DNA of 64,000 nt from a virus. The translations under genes and the position numbers were made by a program. Under the pieces are notes generated by a model. It worked only from the letters and a program-made list of their open reading frames with translations. It had not been told where the DNA came from and searched no databases. The stretch covers positions 16,486-80,485 of the IMG/VR virus record IMGVR_UViG_3300048588_001019. The stretch is one strand, 5' to 3'. This document shows, in pieces, positions 38,907 to 48,407 of this stretch (position 1 is the first letter of the stretch; every line of letters starts with the position of its first letter).

Positions 38907-39461
38907 TTGCTCTCAACCGACCAAGCAGAGTGTTTTGATGATGGGGGATTGTTCGCTTTTCGGATGGCTGGTATACAAAGGGGCTGGTTTTCTCACCGAT
39001 CCAGCGGACCGGCCAAAGGGAGGCGAATGCGGACTTATCCATGGGCAAAGGTTAAAGAGCTGATTGATAAGGGTCTCGTGACCATCCCTGGTTCCTGTCA
39101 AGCTCGGTATATGCTCGACCGCGGCATCTTAAATTCCGCGTCTGGCAGAGTGCAAGCTAAGCAAGAGATGAAAGCTGGAATCCGGCTCCTTGAAAACGAA
39201 CTTTTTAGCCACGTCTTCTCACCAGAACCTACTAAAAAATTCGATGTCTATGGTCTACCAAATTATCTTAGTTGGGATTGGTATGTTAAAGTTACAATAA
39301 TGGATTTCGATGATGGCCAGGGCGACATTGTTGTTAATGCTTCGTTTCATCTCCCTGAACGCGATCTGCATAACGAGGCTAAAACAAAAATAATCTGTAT
39401 GTGCGAGGATAAGCAGAGGCAGCGCAAGGTCGAGTTAGGCGAAATTGATGGTGATTTATAG
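38907..39461 (+). CDS. MqsR-like toxin (probable start 39027)
   Basis: GGGAGG RBS before 39027; DVY...WYVK...ASFH pattern; upstream of an MqsA-like gene. Confidence 0.65.
   Translation: MLSTDQAECFDDGGLFAFRMAGIQRGWFSHRSSGPAKGRRMRTYPWAKVKELIDKGLVTIPGSCQARYMLDRGILNSASGRVQAKQEMKAGIRLLENELFSHVFSPEPTKKFDVYGLPNYLSWDWYVKVTIMDFDDGQGDIVVNASFHLPERDLHNEAKTKIICMCEDKQRQRKVELGEIDGDL
38976..39002 (+). promoter_or_regulatory. Putative sigma28 promoter of the toxin gene
   Basis: CAAA(G)-N15-ACCGATCC, 24 nt before ATG 39027. Confidence 0.45.
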
Positions 39462-39490
39462 AGCTAGTCATTTCAGTGTATTAATGACAT

Positions 39491-39530
39491 ACTTGACATT
39501 ATGTCAAGTTTTTCCTGGAAATGCCGATAG
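39491..39530 (+). promoter_or_regulatory. Palindromic operator overlapping a sigma28-type promoter of the antitoxin
   Basis: ACTTGACAT-T-ATGTCAAGT (39491-39509); TCAA(G)-N15-GCCGATAG (39504-39530). Confidence 0.65.
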
Positions 39531-39560
39531 AATCTGTGTTATGAGGACCTCGGAGGATCT

Positions 39561-40271
39561 ATGGCTATCTCTTGCACAAATTGCGATGGTAATATCCTGA
39601 AACGACAGGCAAAAGGAGAATTCTTCTCTTTTGGTGAATTTGGCAAGGTTAGACTTACTCAAGATCTCGAAATTCGATTTTGCGACAAATGTCATGAAAC
39701 TTACCTACTTATGGATGATTCTAGTCTTGACGACGCGTTAGAAGCATCCTTATCTGAAAATGTCCGTGAAGTGTTGGAAGAAATAAAGTCACGACATTCT
39801 ATCAAAGCAAAAGAAATTGCGAATTTCTGCGGAATCACACCTGAAACGCTTTCCCGCTTTAAACAAAGTGGAGAAAATGGAAGGCTTGTTCCTTCTGAAA
39901 TATTCCTGATTCTAAAAAGAATTGCAATTGAAGGTCGGTCCTTTATAGACAAAGCCCTCAATGAAACATGGGAACGGAAAGAAAATCCTCGCGCTGTTCG
40001 GCCTTATGCTGATAATCCACAGAATTCAAGGTTCGATCTTGATCTTGTTGTCTATAGTAGACATGGGCATATAGTGGCTTTTGAAGCAAAAAATGCCGGC
40101 TGGAGCCAGGGGACCAATCAAACCCGCACTTCTATCAACCGAATGAAATATGTTTTCGATAATGAACGCGAATCGTTGTGGCATGCTTCTCGGTTTTCTA
40201 CTTTTAATAATAGTGAACTATTGCCTGTCAGCCGTCTAGAATGTAAATCCCGGAATCAACGCGCTAAGTGA
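39561..40271 (+). CDS. MqsA-like antitoxin (Zn ribbon + HTH) with C-terminal extension
   Basis: CTNC...CDKCHETY, HTH AKEIANFCGITPETLSRF; extension DLDLVV...VAFEAK. Confidence 0.72.
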   Translation: MAISCTNCDGNILKRQAKGEFFSFGEFGKVRLTQDLEIRFCDKCHETYLLMDDSSLDDALEASLSENVREVLEEIKSRHSIKAKEIANFCGITPETLSRFKQSGENGRLVPSEIFLILKRIAIEGRSFIDKALNETWERKENPRAVRPYADNPQNSRFDLDLVVYSRHGHIVAFEAKNAGWSQGTNQTRTSINRMKYVFDNERESLWHASRFSTFNNSELLPVSRLECKSRNQRAK

Positions 40272-40300
40272 TTCCCATTCAACGCTCCTAATCACCCATC

Positions 40301-40747
40301 CTAATTTTTGTATTGCGTGTCCGAATCTTCTGCTGGACTGAATGCAAGCGTGTCCATTAGCTCGTCCACACTCATGACTTCGCTAATATCTTTGAGGCAC
40401 TCTAAATCTAAAGTAAATGGATCGTCTAAAAGGCAGTTCATTTTGCTGAATAGGACCGTAGTTCTCTTTCATGCTGATACCCAATATCTTTTACGAATCC
40501 CAGCTCTTGATCGCTGATATGGACCTTGGTCCCTTTAAGTGGTCTGTAGTCCACAAGCCTTGCTTCAATATCGATTCCAAATGATTGGGCTGCCCGCTTT
40601 GGTCTGACATTGAACTGGGTCCAACCAAACATAAGGCTTTTCGTGCCTTCCGAAACTATTCATTCTTTTTGAAATACTTAGTGTGCTAACAAACTGGGCA
40701 ATATTTTCATCAGTCATGGGCTCGCTGCCCCAAAAGGCGATATTCAA
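40301..40747 (-). pseudogene. Multiply frameshifted gene, DUF2971-like motif
   Basis: Fragments 40565-40747 and 40438-40632 (VDY...FVKDIGYQHERELR) plus a third frame to the stop at 40301; starts overlapping the AbiTii-like stop. Confidence 0.45.
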
Positions 40748-41802
40748 GTTGGTATGACTTCTACCCCAGGTCCTGGAACTTCTAGCGAACGGATTGGTGG
40801 AGTATTTGGCAACGAGAGAATCTCTCCTAAATATGTTAGCGTTTGAATGAATAACGCTTGTGCTTCAGACCCGGTCACATCACTATGCACGCCTGTCGAT
40901 ACCCTTTCATATAGATTCGAAAGTGCCTGCCGGAATTTTTTCCTCCTAGAATCACTCGTTACTCTCGCCCGAATATACGCATTGAGCCGATTTAAGTGAT
41001 TGGACGGACCTAACTTGACCTCATTGTCATCCATCTCCATTGTTTCTGCTTGCGGGGGGAAGATTGCGTCAGAGAAGGAATCAATAATTCTTCGGCAGGA
41101 AGATAAAGCTTGGCTTATAGCTTCCGCATCGCCATCCGCAAGCCTTTCGTATACTGCAGGAATTTTTTTGAGAACGTCAGCAGAGATTGATGCTAGCCTC
41201 TTATCAAGCTCAATCTTGTATCTTTCAAATATGCTCTCTGCGACAGCACTAAATTTCCGTTCATAATAGATCCTTGAAGTAAAATCATGAATCAACCCAA
41301 TTACTTTAGATCGAATGCCGGCAGCCTTTACAATATAGTCTCCCAACCCACGCCTTTCCAGGGCTTGGGAACTCAAATGGCTTTGAATTTGGGCAAAACC
41401 GTCGGTAACTCGTTCATGTGGATTCGCACTGGTTGGAGCCCAATTGATGCTTAAGGTGCTGATAGTGTTTAGCCGTGTTTGACTGGTTTCCATCGACGCA
41501 AGTATTTCAGATAGCGAACCCCAGTAACCAGTATTCTTGGAAGCATCAATCCATCTGCCTGTGAATCCCATGTATCGCTTACCGGTTTCGTCTGCTCGGA
41601 AGCCCATCACTTCATATTGCAACCATGTTAGAGTTTCAGACGTGTCGGTGATACGGGCAAGGCGGGTTGCTTTAAGAACGATTTGGGTAGGAGTAATACG
41701 GCTAAGTTCTATGTCGTCTAAGATTTCTTGGGCTAATGAGATTACGTGCTGACCTTTGTTCTCGATAGCTTTGTCGCTCATATTGGAATCACCATAATGC
41801 AA
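40744..41802 (-). CDS. AbiTii-like domain protein (putative defence)
   Basis: LKATRLA...WLQYEVMGF N-terminal pattern; C-terminal helical domain (SCRRII...STGVH). Confidence 0.65.
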   Translation of the reverse strand: MHYGDSNMSDKAIENKGQHVISLAQEILDDIELSRITPTQIVLKATRLARITDTSETLTWLQYEVMGFRADETGKRYMGFTGRWIDASKNTGYWGSLSEILASMETSQTRLNTISTLSINWAPTSANPHERVTDGFAQIQSHLSSQALERRGLGDYIVKAAGIRSKVIGLIHDFTSRIYYERKFSAVAESIFERYKIELDKRLASISADVLKKIPAVYERLADGDAEAISQALSSCRRIIDSFSDAIFPPQAETMEMDDNEVKLGPSNHLNRLNAYIRARVTSDSRRKKFRQALSNLYERVSTGVHSDVTGSEAQALFIQTLTYLGEILSLPNTPPIRSLEVPGPGVEVIPT

Positions 41803-42002
41803 GGATTAGTGAGTTTTAGAAGTATAGTAGCGATTTTTTTGCTTACTATGCTGAATTTCAACTAATGTCGTGGCACGGAGCTCTTAACCAACATTCATAT
41901 CAAAAATTTGCCTCGGAAATCAATAAAATGCGCGACGCATTCTCGATTTTTAGGAGAATATAGAATTTGAAGTGCGAAACCAGCGCCGCATTCACTTTCT
42001 TA

Positions 42003-42240
42003 AAAAGGCAGGTTATAGTGGCGTCTGAATTGAAGGAAGGCTATATGCGACGCGTATTTGCAGACATCGAAGATTGAGAGATAGACAGCTTGGGCTTTCA
42101 TTGCCTGTACTGCAAAAGTCCACCTGATTGAAGAAAAGCCTACGGCGAGTTCCATTGGTGCTCTCCGTGCTGACTGCGACGCAGGATTTTTGTTACGCTT
42201 TTAGAAAATGAACGGAATCATATCGCAATGTGAATTCAGA
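42003..42240. repeat. Scaffold repeat R4 copy A
   Basis: Diverged direct repeat of 43508-43745; encodes gene end IVASELKEGYMRRVFADIED*. Confidence 0.8.
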
Positions 42241-42305
42241 GGGATTTCATGTGAGATAAAATGCCTGAAGTCTTCTTTGATATTTTGTCAGTTTTTCTCG
42301 TCAGC

Positions 42306-43349
42306 CTATCGCTTTGCGATGTATGTGGTCATAGATTGAATGCCGGTAAGTACACTCTGAAGTAATGTCTGCTGAAATGCTTTTGCATAGTCTGGTAGTT
42401 CATGCATACAGAATGTGCCCTTGAGAATCCAGCTGCACGATGAGGCTGCTAAATCTGCACCCTGAATTCCTTTGGACTTATTTGAACTCAGGAAATCAAC
42501 TTGACCATTAAAGAATGGACCCACTGTTATTCCACGACTTGGGTCATCGTCATACGGATTTGAAATGTGTTTGCTTTTCTCTCCATTTACAGCTTTAGCC
42601 ACCCAAGAGAATGATTTTTGATACTGAAGTTGCTCATCGAAATACAGCTTTCCATGCGAAAAATCTTCTCTAACGAATAATCTTGATAGACATTGAATCA
42701 TCATCGAAAAGGCATGGAAATTTGGACTGCAATGCTCGATAAATGGATGCTCGATCCCTCCAGGATCGGGGGGTATAGTACACTCAAGGAACTCTTCTTC
42801 ACGCAACCTAAGAATCCAGGAAAACACTTCTTCTTTCAATTTTGAGTCAATGATGTATCTATCAATGTCCATCTTGGCTTTCAAAAGTTTATCTTTGTTT
42901 GAGGCTGCTAGCGCATGAATAAAATTTTGACGCAATGTGATAGGTATTTTTTCGCAAATCGTAGCAGTTAAGCTCTGCTTTATGTCAGGAGTAAAGAATG
43001 TTTCATACGGCACATTTTCATTGTAGGCCGAATCGAGTAAGTATTCTGTACACATTATACCGCCGAAGAAGTCCTTCTCAATAATGCTATAGCAGAGTTC
43101 AATACTATTCCTTTTGAGTTCGGACATCAGAAGCTCAAATGTTGGAAAGTTTCGTCTTCTCTTTAAGGAACCAAATTTAAGCTCTTCGAGACCATTTCTT
43201 GCGTTTAAAATCATGTGTTCGATTAAATCGACTTTCGATTCTCTGAATGCAAAAGCCGCGATCACAAAATATGGCTGTTCTTGATCAAGGATGTTTGATC
43301 CTGTATTGCCTGACTCGTCCATGAATATTACTAGGTCGTCATTATTCAA
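42306..43349 (-). CDS. DUF3800-family (RNase H-like fold) protein
   Basis: IFMDESGNTG...QPYFV, ELKF, FDEQ, IQGADLAA. Confidence 0.85.
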   Translation of the reverse strand: MNNDDLVIFMDESGNTGSNILDQEQPYFVIAAFAFRESKVDLIEHMILNARNGLEELKFGSLKRRRNFPTFELLMSELKRNSIELCYSIIEKDFFGGIMCTEYLLDSAYNENVPYETFFTPDIKQSLTATICEKIPITLRQNFIHALAASNKDKLLKAKMDIDRYIIDSKLKEEVFSWILRLREEEFLECTIPPDPGGIEHPFIEHCSPNFHAFSMMIQCLSRLFVREDFSHGKLYFDEQLQYQKSFSWVAKAVNGEKSKHISNPYDDDPSRGITVGPFFNGQVDFLSSNKSKGIQGADLAASSCSWILKGTFCMHELPDYAKAFQQTLLQSVLTGIQSMTTYIAKR

Positions 43350-43507
43350 TTTCTAAGCTCCGGCTTGGATGGCTTGTCTAAATAGCTGACCAAAAAGATC
43401 TGATCGAAGCAAGTTAATTTTTTATGTCACATTGTTTGAACGCAAAGACTTCCCTCATTCCGCGGCAGGCACTTCACGTGCGGAAGTTGTCCCGCATTAC
43501 CTTTCGA

Positions 43508-43745
43508 AAAAAGCTGGTTTATAGTCGCTTCTGAACTGAAGGAAAGACTTATGCAACGTGTATTTGCCGACATCGAAGATAGATAATCAGATAGCCGGGG
43601 CTGCCATTGTCCCTAGTGTAAAGTTTACTTGACTGAAGATAAGTCAACGAGAGTTCCATTGATACCCGATGCAGAGATTGCGATGCAGATTTTCTTGTTA
43701 CCTTTTTTGACGAGAAAGGGAACGATGCCGCATGTGATTTCTTGC
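43508..43745. repeat. Scaffold repeat R4 copy B
   Basis: IVASELKERLMQRVFADIEDR* plus about 170 bp of downstream similarity to copy A. Confidence 0.8.
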
Positions 43746-43783
43746 AAATTAGTTGCGCACGAATTCAAGATCTTTCGCCGCAC

Positions 43784-43933
43784 GGGTCCTTTCCCCAATA
43801 AAAACGCGAGGGTGACGATCAACCGCCCCCTCCCGCTTGGTTTCAAAAAAAATTTGCGTCACCGGCACCACTTGCCTTCGTGAACGCCTTTAGCTGAAAG
43901 ACTTCCAGATTAGGTCCTGGTAAATTTGTGGAC
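43784..43933 (+). other. Putative cos packaging site
   Basis: GGGTCCTTTCC (lambda cosQ is GGGTCCT) followed 26 bp later by dyad GGGTGA-CGA-TCAACC, just upstream of terS and a GpA-type terL. Confidence 0.7.
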
Positions 43934-43993
43934 ATTACGATGCCCCTGCCCACCGGATGAAGCCGGACCGTCAAGGGATTTATGCATTCCCTG

Positions 43994-44013
43994 CGTCCGC
44001 AAATTTGCGGACA
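43994..44013. promoter_or_regulatory. 20-bp palindrome upstream of terS
   Basis: CGTCCGCAAATTTGCGGACA; related copy at 48429-48448. Confidence 0.7.
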
Positions 44014-44046
44014 CTCACAAACTTTCTGGTGGATCAGATATGAGTT

Positions 44047-44697
44047 ATGAATCGATTCTGCCGGATAAGCCGGCTCAGGAGTCATGCTTTGGATTTGCCA
44101 ACAGCTTCGATCAGAGAATTTGCCCGGATAGTTGGGGTCAACCATTCGGCTGTGCTGAGGGCGATCAAGAATGGGACAAGGCTTGAGGGAGCGGTCATTC
44201 AGGATAAGGATGGCACTCGAATCATAATTTCGCTTGGGTGCCACGCCTGGATTCAGAACAAGGATCATAGAAAGGACAATCGGCCGGCGGATACAGCATC
44301 TGACTGGTCCCATGATGAAATGAGCGTGACCGAGGCCAACCGGGTCAAGCGACACTATGAAGCCCTGCTGGAGAAACTGACCTTTGAGCGGGAGGCCGGG
44401 AGGCTGACAAGCATTGATAAGTTCCGTACCGAGGCATTTACCGTCGCCCGTGGCGCGAGGGACAGCCTCCTCAATATCCCCAATGAAAGTGAAAATGAGT
44501 TGAAGCGACTTATCGTGGAATTTCTCCGAAAAAGGCATGGGGACGATTCGGTGACAGTTCATGCGAAGGATCTTGATGAGATGGGACTCGCATTCCGCAC
44601 CTTTCAAAAGGCCACGATCAAAAAAGCACTAAGAGATATGCTCCACGAACGCTTTGGTGCTGCGGTGCTCTCATCGGAGAAGTCCGTTGAAGCGTGA
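44047..44697 (+). CDS. Terminase small subunit (Nu1-like)
   Basis: SIREFARIVGVNHSAVLRAIKNG HTH; coiled coil EREAGRL...ARDSLLNIP; position. Confidence 0.85.
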   Translation: MNRFCRISRLRSHALDLPTASIREFARIVGVNHSAVLRAIKNGTRLEGAVIQDKDGTRIIISLGCHAWIQNKDHRKDNRPADTASDWSHDEMSVTEANRVKRHYEALLEKLTFEREAGRLTSIDKFRTEAFTVARGARDSLLNIPNESENELKRLIVEFLRKRHGDDSVTVHAKDLDEMGLAFRTFQKATIKKALRDMLHERFGAAVLSSEKSVEA

Positions 44698-46540
44698 CCT
44701 GATCACTTCAAACCTCGGATCGGTGGTTCCCGACTTTTATTACGGTTTGATGCCAAACCCTGACATCAGTATTGCTGAATATGCCGAAAAAAACCTTTAT
44801 CTCGTATCCGGCAAAAACCCCTTCCCGGGCCTCGTCGATTTTTCTCGAACTCCCTATCTCTGCGAGCTCATGGAAGCACTTATGCCCGATAACGGCATCG
44901 AGCGTGTTGTTCTGATGAAAGGCTGGCAGACAGGAGGAACACTCACAATCCTCGCCTGGATGCTTTGGGTGATGGGGGTGGCGCCAGCTCCCATGATCAT
45001 CGTGCAGCCGACCGATGAGCTTCGTGAAAAGTTTTCCAAGCAGAGGATCAATCCCATTATTGCAAACTGCAAGGATCTTCGTGAAAAGGTCGCAGAGCAT
45101 CAAAAACAGGTGCCCGATAGCAAAAGAGAAAAGGACACCTTGATCTCAAAGCAATTTCCAGGCGGACATATCAACCTTGCAACATCCACCTCGGAACCAT
45201 CCCTGCGCTCGGAGTCGGCCCAATACTTGGCGTTCGATGAGGTTTCTGCTTACGACGAGGACTGCCAGGGGCATGGGGATCCCTGTGGGCTTGCTCTTGG
45301 CCGCACGTCGGCCTATGACGGCCGCAAAAAGATTTTCTATAACTCCACGCCTACCATTCGGGACCACTGCCGGATAGAGCGGGAATACCTGACCACCGAT
45401 CAGCGAAAGCTCTTTGTGCCTTGCCTCAGCTGCAGTGAAATGCAGGTTTTGGTGTGGGCGAATTTTGATCTTTCTACGGATGATCCCGCCTATCCTTGCA
45501 TCCTCTGTGGCTATCGGCATTTCGAGCAGGACAAAACCCGGATGCTGGCCCGCGCGGAGTGGCGCCCTACTGCCACTTCGGTGGATGGGGGTCGAGGCTA
45601 TCACTTGCCGGCCCTCTATGCTCCGCCGGGCATGTGGTCATGGAAAAGCAGCCTCCAGCAGTTTCGCAAGGGGCTGGCAAATCCCGTCGAAATGAAGGTC
45701 TTTGTCAATAATTGCCTGGGCGAACCCTACGAGGATGACACAATTACAAGCTGCGATCCGAACGACCTGATGCAGCTGCGTGAAAATTATTGGCCAGCAG
45801 CGAGGCTTCCGGATGGGATAGGCGTAATTACTGCTGGGGTCGATACCCACCCGACTCATGTTGATATCGTGGTCGTGGGCTGGGGACGCGGCAATGAAAG
45901 CTGGGTGCTCGATTACTGGATTGAACCGGGGGATTCGAACGCTCCAGAGCTCTGGGCCCGGGTTCACAGAAGGCTGAAGGCCTCCTATCCGCACAGCAAC
46001 GGCATATCAAGGCTTCGTATTGCAACAACGTGCGTCGATACCGGTGGTCACAACACCGGAGCGGTTTATGACTTCTGCAGCCGGCACATCAAGCAAAGGA
46101 TCCTGCCGATCAAAGGCGCCAAAGGCCCGGCCGCTCCCTATATCGATCATCCCACAGTGAAAAAGGAGGCCAAGGTCTTCCTTTTCCCGGTTGGAAAGCT
46201 TGCGACCCATGGCCGCCTTTTTTCGTCCCTGGAGCGCTCGATGGAGAGAATGAAGGAGTATCGGGAGGCCCTCAGCACCAATCCAAAGGCCAGGTATCGT
46301 GATGCGGAGATCATCCACTTTCATAAAAACCTTCCCGATTCCTTTTTCAAGGAGCTTGCGGCTCCCAAGAAAATCTGGCGAAAGGTCGAAGGGAAGTTTC
46401 AGATGGTCTATGAAACCGTTGCGGGTGTTGCGGATCATGCTCATGACTGCCTGAGATACGCGCATGCAGCACGCGAAAACATGGATGGAATTGATATCGA
46501 TCTGGTCTGTGACAACTTTGAGAAAAAGGCGAGGATATGA
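44654..46540 (+). CDS. Terminase large subunit, lambda GpA family
   Basis: RTPYL.E.M, MKGWQTGGT, FDEV, STPT, CxxC pairs, TAGVD, CVDTGG, HAHDCLRYA. Confidence 0.96.
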   Translation: MVLRCSHRRSPLKRDLITSNLGSVVPDFYYGLMPNPDISIAEYAEKNLYLVSGKNPFPGLVDFSRTPYLCELMEALMPDNGIERVVLMKGWQTGGTLTILAWMLWVMGVAPAPMIIVQPTDELREKFSKQRINPIIANCKDLREKVAEHQKQVPDSKREKDTLISKQFPGGHINLATSTSEPSLRSESAQYLAFDEVSAYDEDCQGHGDPCGLALGRTSAYDGRKKIFYNSTPTIRDHCRIEREYLTTDQRKLFVPCLSCSEMQVLVWANFDLSTDDPAYPCILCGYRHFEQDKTRMLARAEWRPTATSVDGGRGYHLPALYAPPGMWSWKSSLQQFRKGLANPVEMKVFVNNCLGEPYEDDTITSCDPNDLMQLRENYWPAARLPDGIGVITAGVDTHPTHVDIVVVGWGRGNESWVLDYWIEPGDSNAPELWARVHRRLKASYPHSNGISRLRIATTCVDTGGHNTGAVYDFCSRHIKQRILPIKGAKGPAAPYIDHPTVKKEAKVFLFPVGKLATHGRLFSSLERSMERMKEYREALSTNPKARYRDAEIIHFHKNLPDSFFKELAAPKKIWRKVEGKFQMVYETVAGVADHAHDCLRYAHAARENMDGIDIDLVCDNFEKKARI

Positions 46541-46743
46541 CACTTGAAGAACAATTGAAATCTGTGCAGCAGGCGATCGCCAGGATCGAGGAGAACGGTC
46601 AGGAGACCGACATTGAAGTCAATCAGAATCGCCGAAGGGTTTCAAGGGCGGATCTTCAGGACCTCTATCGTCGGGAAGCCCAACTGAAACTGGCGATTAC
46701 ACGCCGGATGGGTGGAGGCGCGGTTGATGCGATACCCCGATAA
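46537..46743 (+). CDS. Head-tail joining protein gpW-like
   Basis: 68 aa between terL and portal; EQL..VQ.AI...Q...RADL..L. Confidence 0.8.
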   Translation: MTLEEQLKSVQQAIARIEENGQETDIEVNQNRRRVSRADLQDLYRREAQLKLAITRRMGGGAVDAIPR

Positions 46744-48256
46744 GGCCCGAAAGCTATCATTTGCAGCCCGGCTCAAGGGATTTTTTACCGGGGAATCCTC
46801 CTGGTCCAAGGCGATGGCCGATGCTCCGTATCGATCAACTTCCCGGCGCAGTATGGCGTCTTCCGAGTGGTTCCCTGCCTCTGCAAGCGCTGATGAGGCG
46901 CTGATTGGAGCCATACCCACTCTTCGTGATCAGTCGCGCGATCTTGATCGGAACGAGGGCATCGCCCGGGGTGCCGTGGAAAATTTTGTTACCAACGTAG
47001 TGTCTGATGGTATCAGGCCTCAGGCCAGGATTGACCATGAGCTGATCGGGATTCCTGAGTCCAAAGCGCGGGAGTTTGAGCGGCGGGCTGAGAAAATTTT
47101 TGAGCTGCATATGAAATCGGATACGGCCGACTTTCATGGAAAGGCCAGCTTCCCGATGATGCAGGCTCAGGTGCTGCGAGCGGCCTTTCTTGATGGGGAT
47201 TGCGTGGCCATCCGAAGGCATGCGATGCGCCCAGGCGCCATACTATCGACCACAGTTCAGCTGATCGATGGCGCAAGACTTCAGAATCCCGACCGCTGCA
47301 CTGATCCGAATATTGATATACGCGAAGGAGTGGAGCTGAGGGATGGCTTTCCGGTCGCCTATCACATCGTAAAGGCCGGTCCTGATCGTTTTGTAGGCAG
47401 GGAAACTGTTCGTGTGCCGCGCTTTGATGATGCAGGAATGCCTCTGGTTCTTCACGTCTATCATCAAAGGCTCCTCGGGCAGAGTCGTGGCGAGCCGGCC
47501 CTGGCTCCGATAATTGAGAAGTTTAAGCAGATTTCAAGGTATTCCGACGCCGAGATCGCGGCGGCTGTAATCAATGCCTATTTCTCAATGTTTGTCACAT
47601 CAGAATCCGACATTTTTGGCAATGATATCGATGCCATTGAGGATCGGGATTCTCCTCCTTCAGGGCAGCAGGAGCCGAAGCGACAGATGGTCAAATTCGG
47701 TCCAGGAAAGCTGGTTCGGCTCTTGCCTAACGAGAAGGTCAGTACCACCGCTCCCGGCCGCCCTAATTCCAACTATGACCCTTTTGTTCAGGCCGTCATC
47801 AAGCAAATAGGGATTGGACTGAGCATTCCCTATGAAGTGCTGACACAACACTTTCAATCGTCCTACTCTGCCGCGAGAGGCGCAATACTGGAGGCCTGGA
47901 AGGCATTCAAAACGCGAAGGGCCTGGCTGGTTTCCGAATTCTGTCAGCCGGTGTGGGAATGGGTTATTACTGATGCGATTCGCTCAGGCATGCTCGAAGC
48001 TCCGGAGTTCTTCAAGGACCCACTTAAACGCCGTGCGTACCTCTGCACCCAGTGGTGCGGAAGCGAGATGGAGTCAATTGATCCTTTGAAGGAGGCCAGG
48101 GCAAATGAAGTGGACATTGAAAATGGTGTCAAATCCCGGCGTACGATTGTCGAGAACCAGGGACGCGACTTTGACAAGCATATTCGCGAGTATGAAGAGG
48201 AGCAGAGAATTTTTAAGACTGGACCAGACATAAGAAACACAATGAGCGGCATGTAA
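46712..48256 (+). CDS. Portal protein, lambda family (probable start 46727)
   Basis: SRDLDRN, Q.RGEP, IPYEVLT.....SYSAARG, IDPLKE. Confidence 0.96.
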   Translation: MEARLMRYPDKARKLSFAARLKGFFTGESSWSKAMADAPYRSTSRRSMASSEWFPASASADEALIGAIPTLRDQSRDLDRNEGIARGAVENFVTNVVSDGIRPQARIDHELIGIPESKAREFERRAEKIFELHMKSDTADFHGKASFPMMQAQVLRAAFLDGDCVAIRRHAMRPGAILSTTVQLIDGARLQNPDRCTDPNIDIREGVELRDGFPVAYHIVKAGPDRFVGRETVRVPRFDDAGMPLVLHVYHQRLLGQSRGEPALAPIIEKFKQISRYSDAEIAAAVINAYFSMFVTSESDIFGNDIDAIEDRDSPPSGQQEPKRQMVKFGPGKLVRLLPNEKVSTTAPGRPNSNYDPFVQAVIKQIGIGLSIPYEVLTQHFQSSYSAARGAILEAWKAFKTRRAWLVSEFCQPVWEWVITDAIRSGMLEAPEFFKDPLKRRAYLCTQWCGSEMESIDPLKEARANEVDIENGVKSRRTIVENQGRDFDKHIREYEEEQRIFKTGPDIRNTMSGM

Positions 48257-48407
48257 TTTCTTGGGTAAAAGATCAGAATCCGGAAAATTTTGGCCTATTG
48301 ATAGGAGGCCTCAAACCATTCAATCGTTTTTTTGCTGCTAGCTATCTCATTCATCAAAGCAGAGAGTTGAACTGGAAAGAACCGAATTCGGTAAATAACG
48401 CCTGTCA

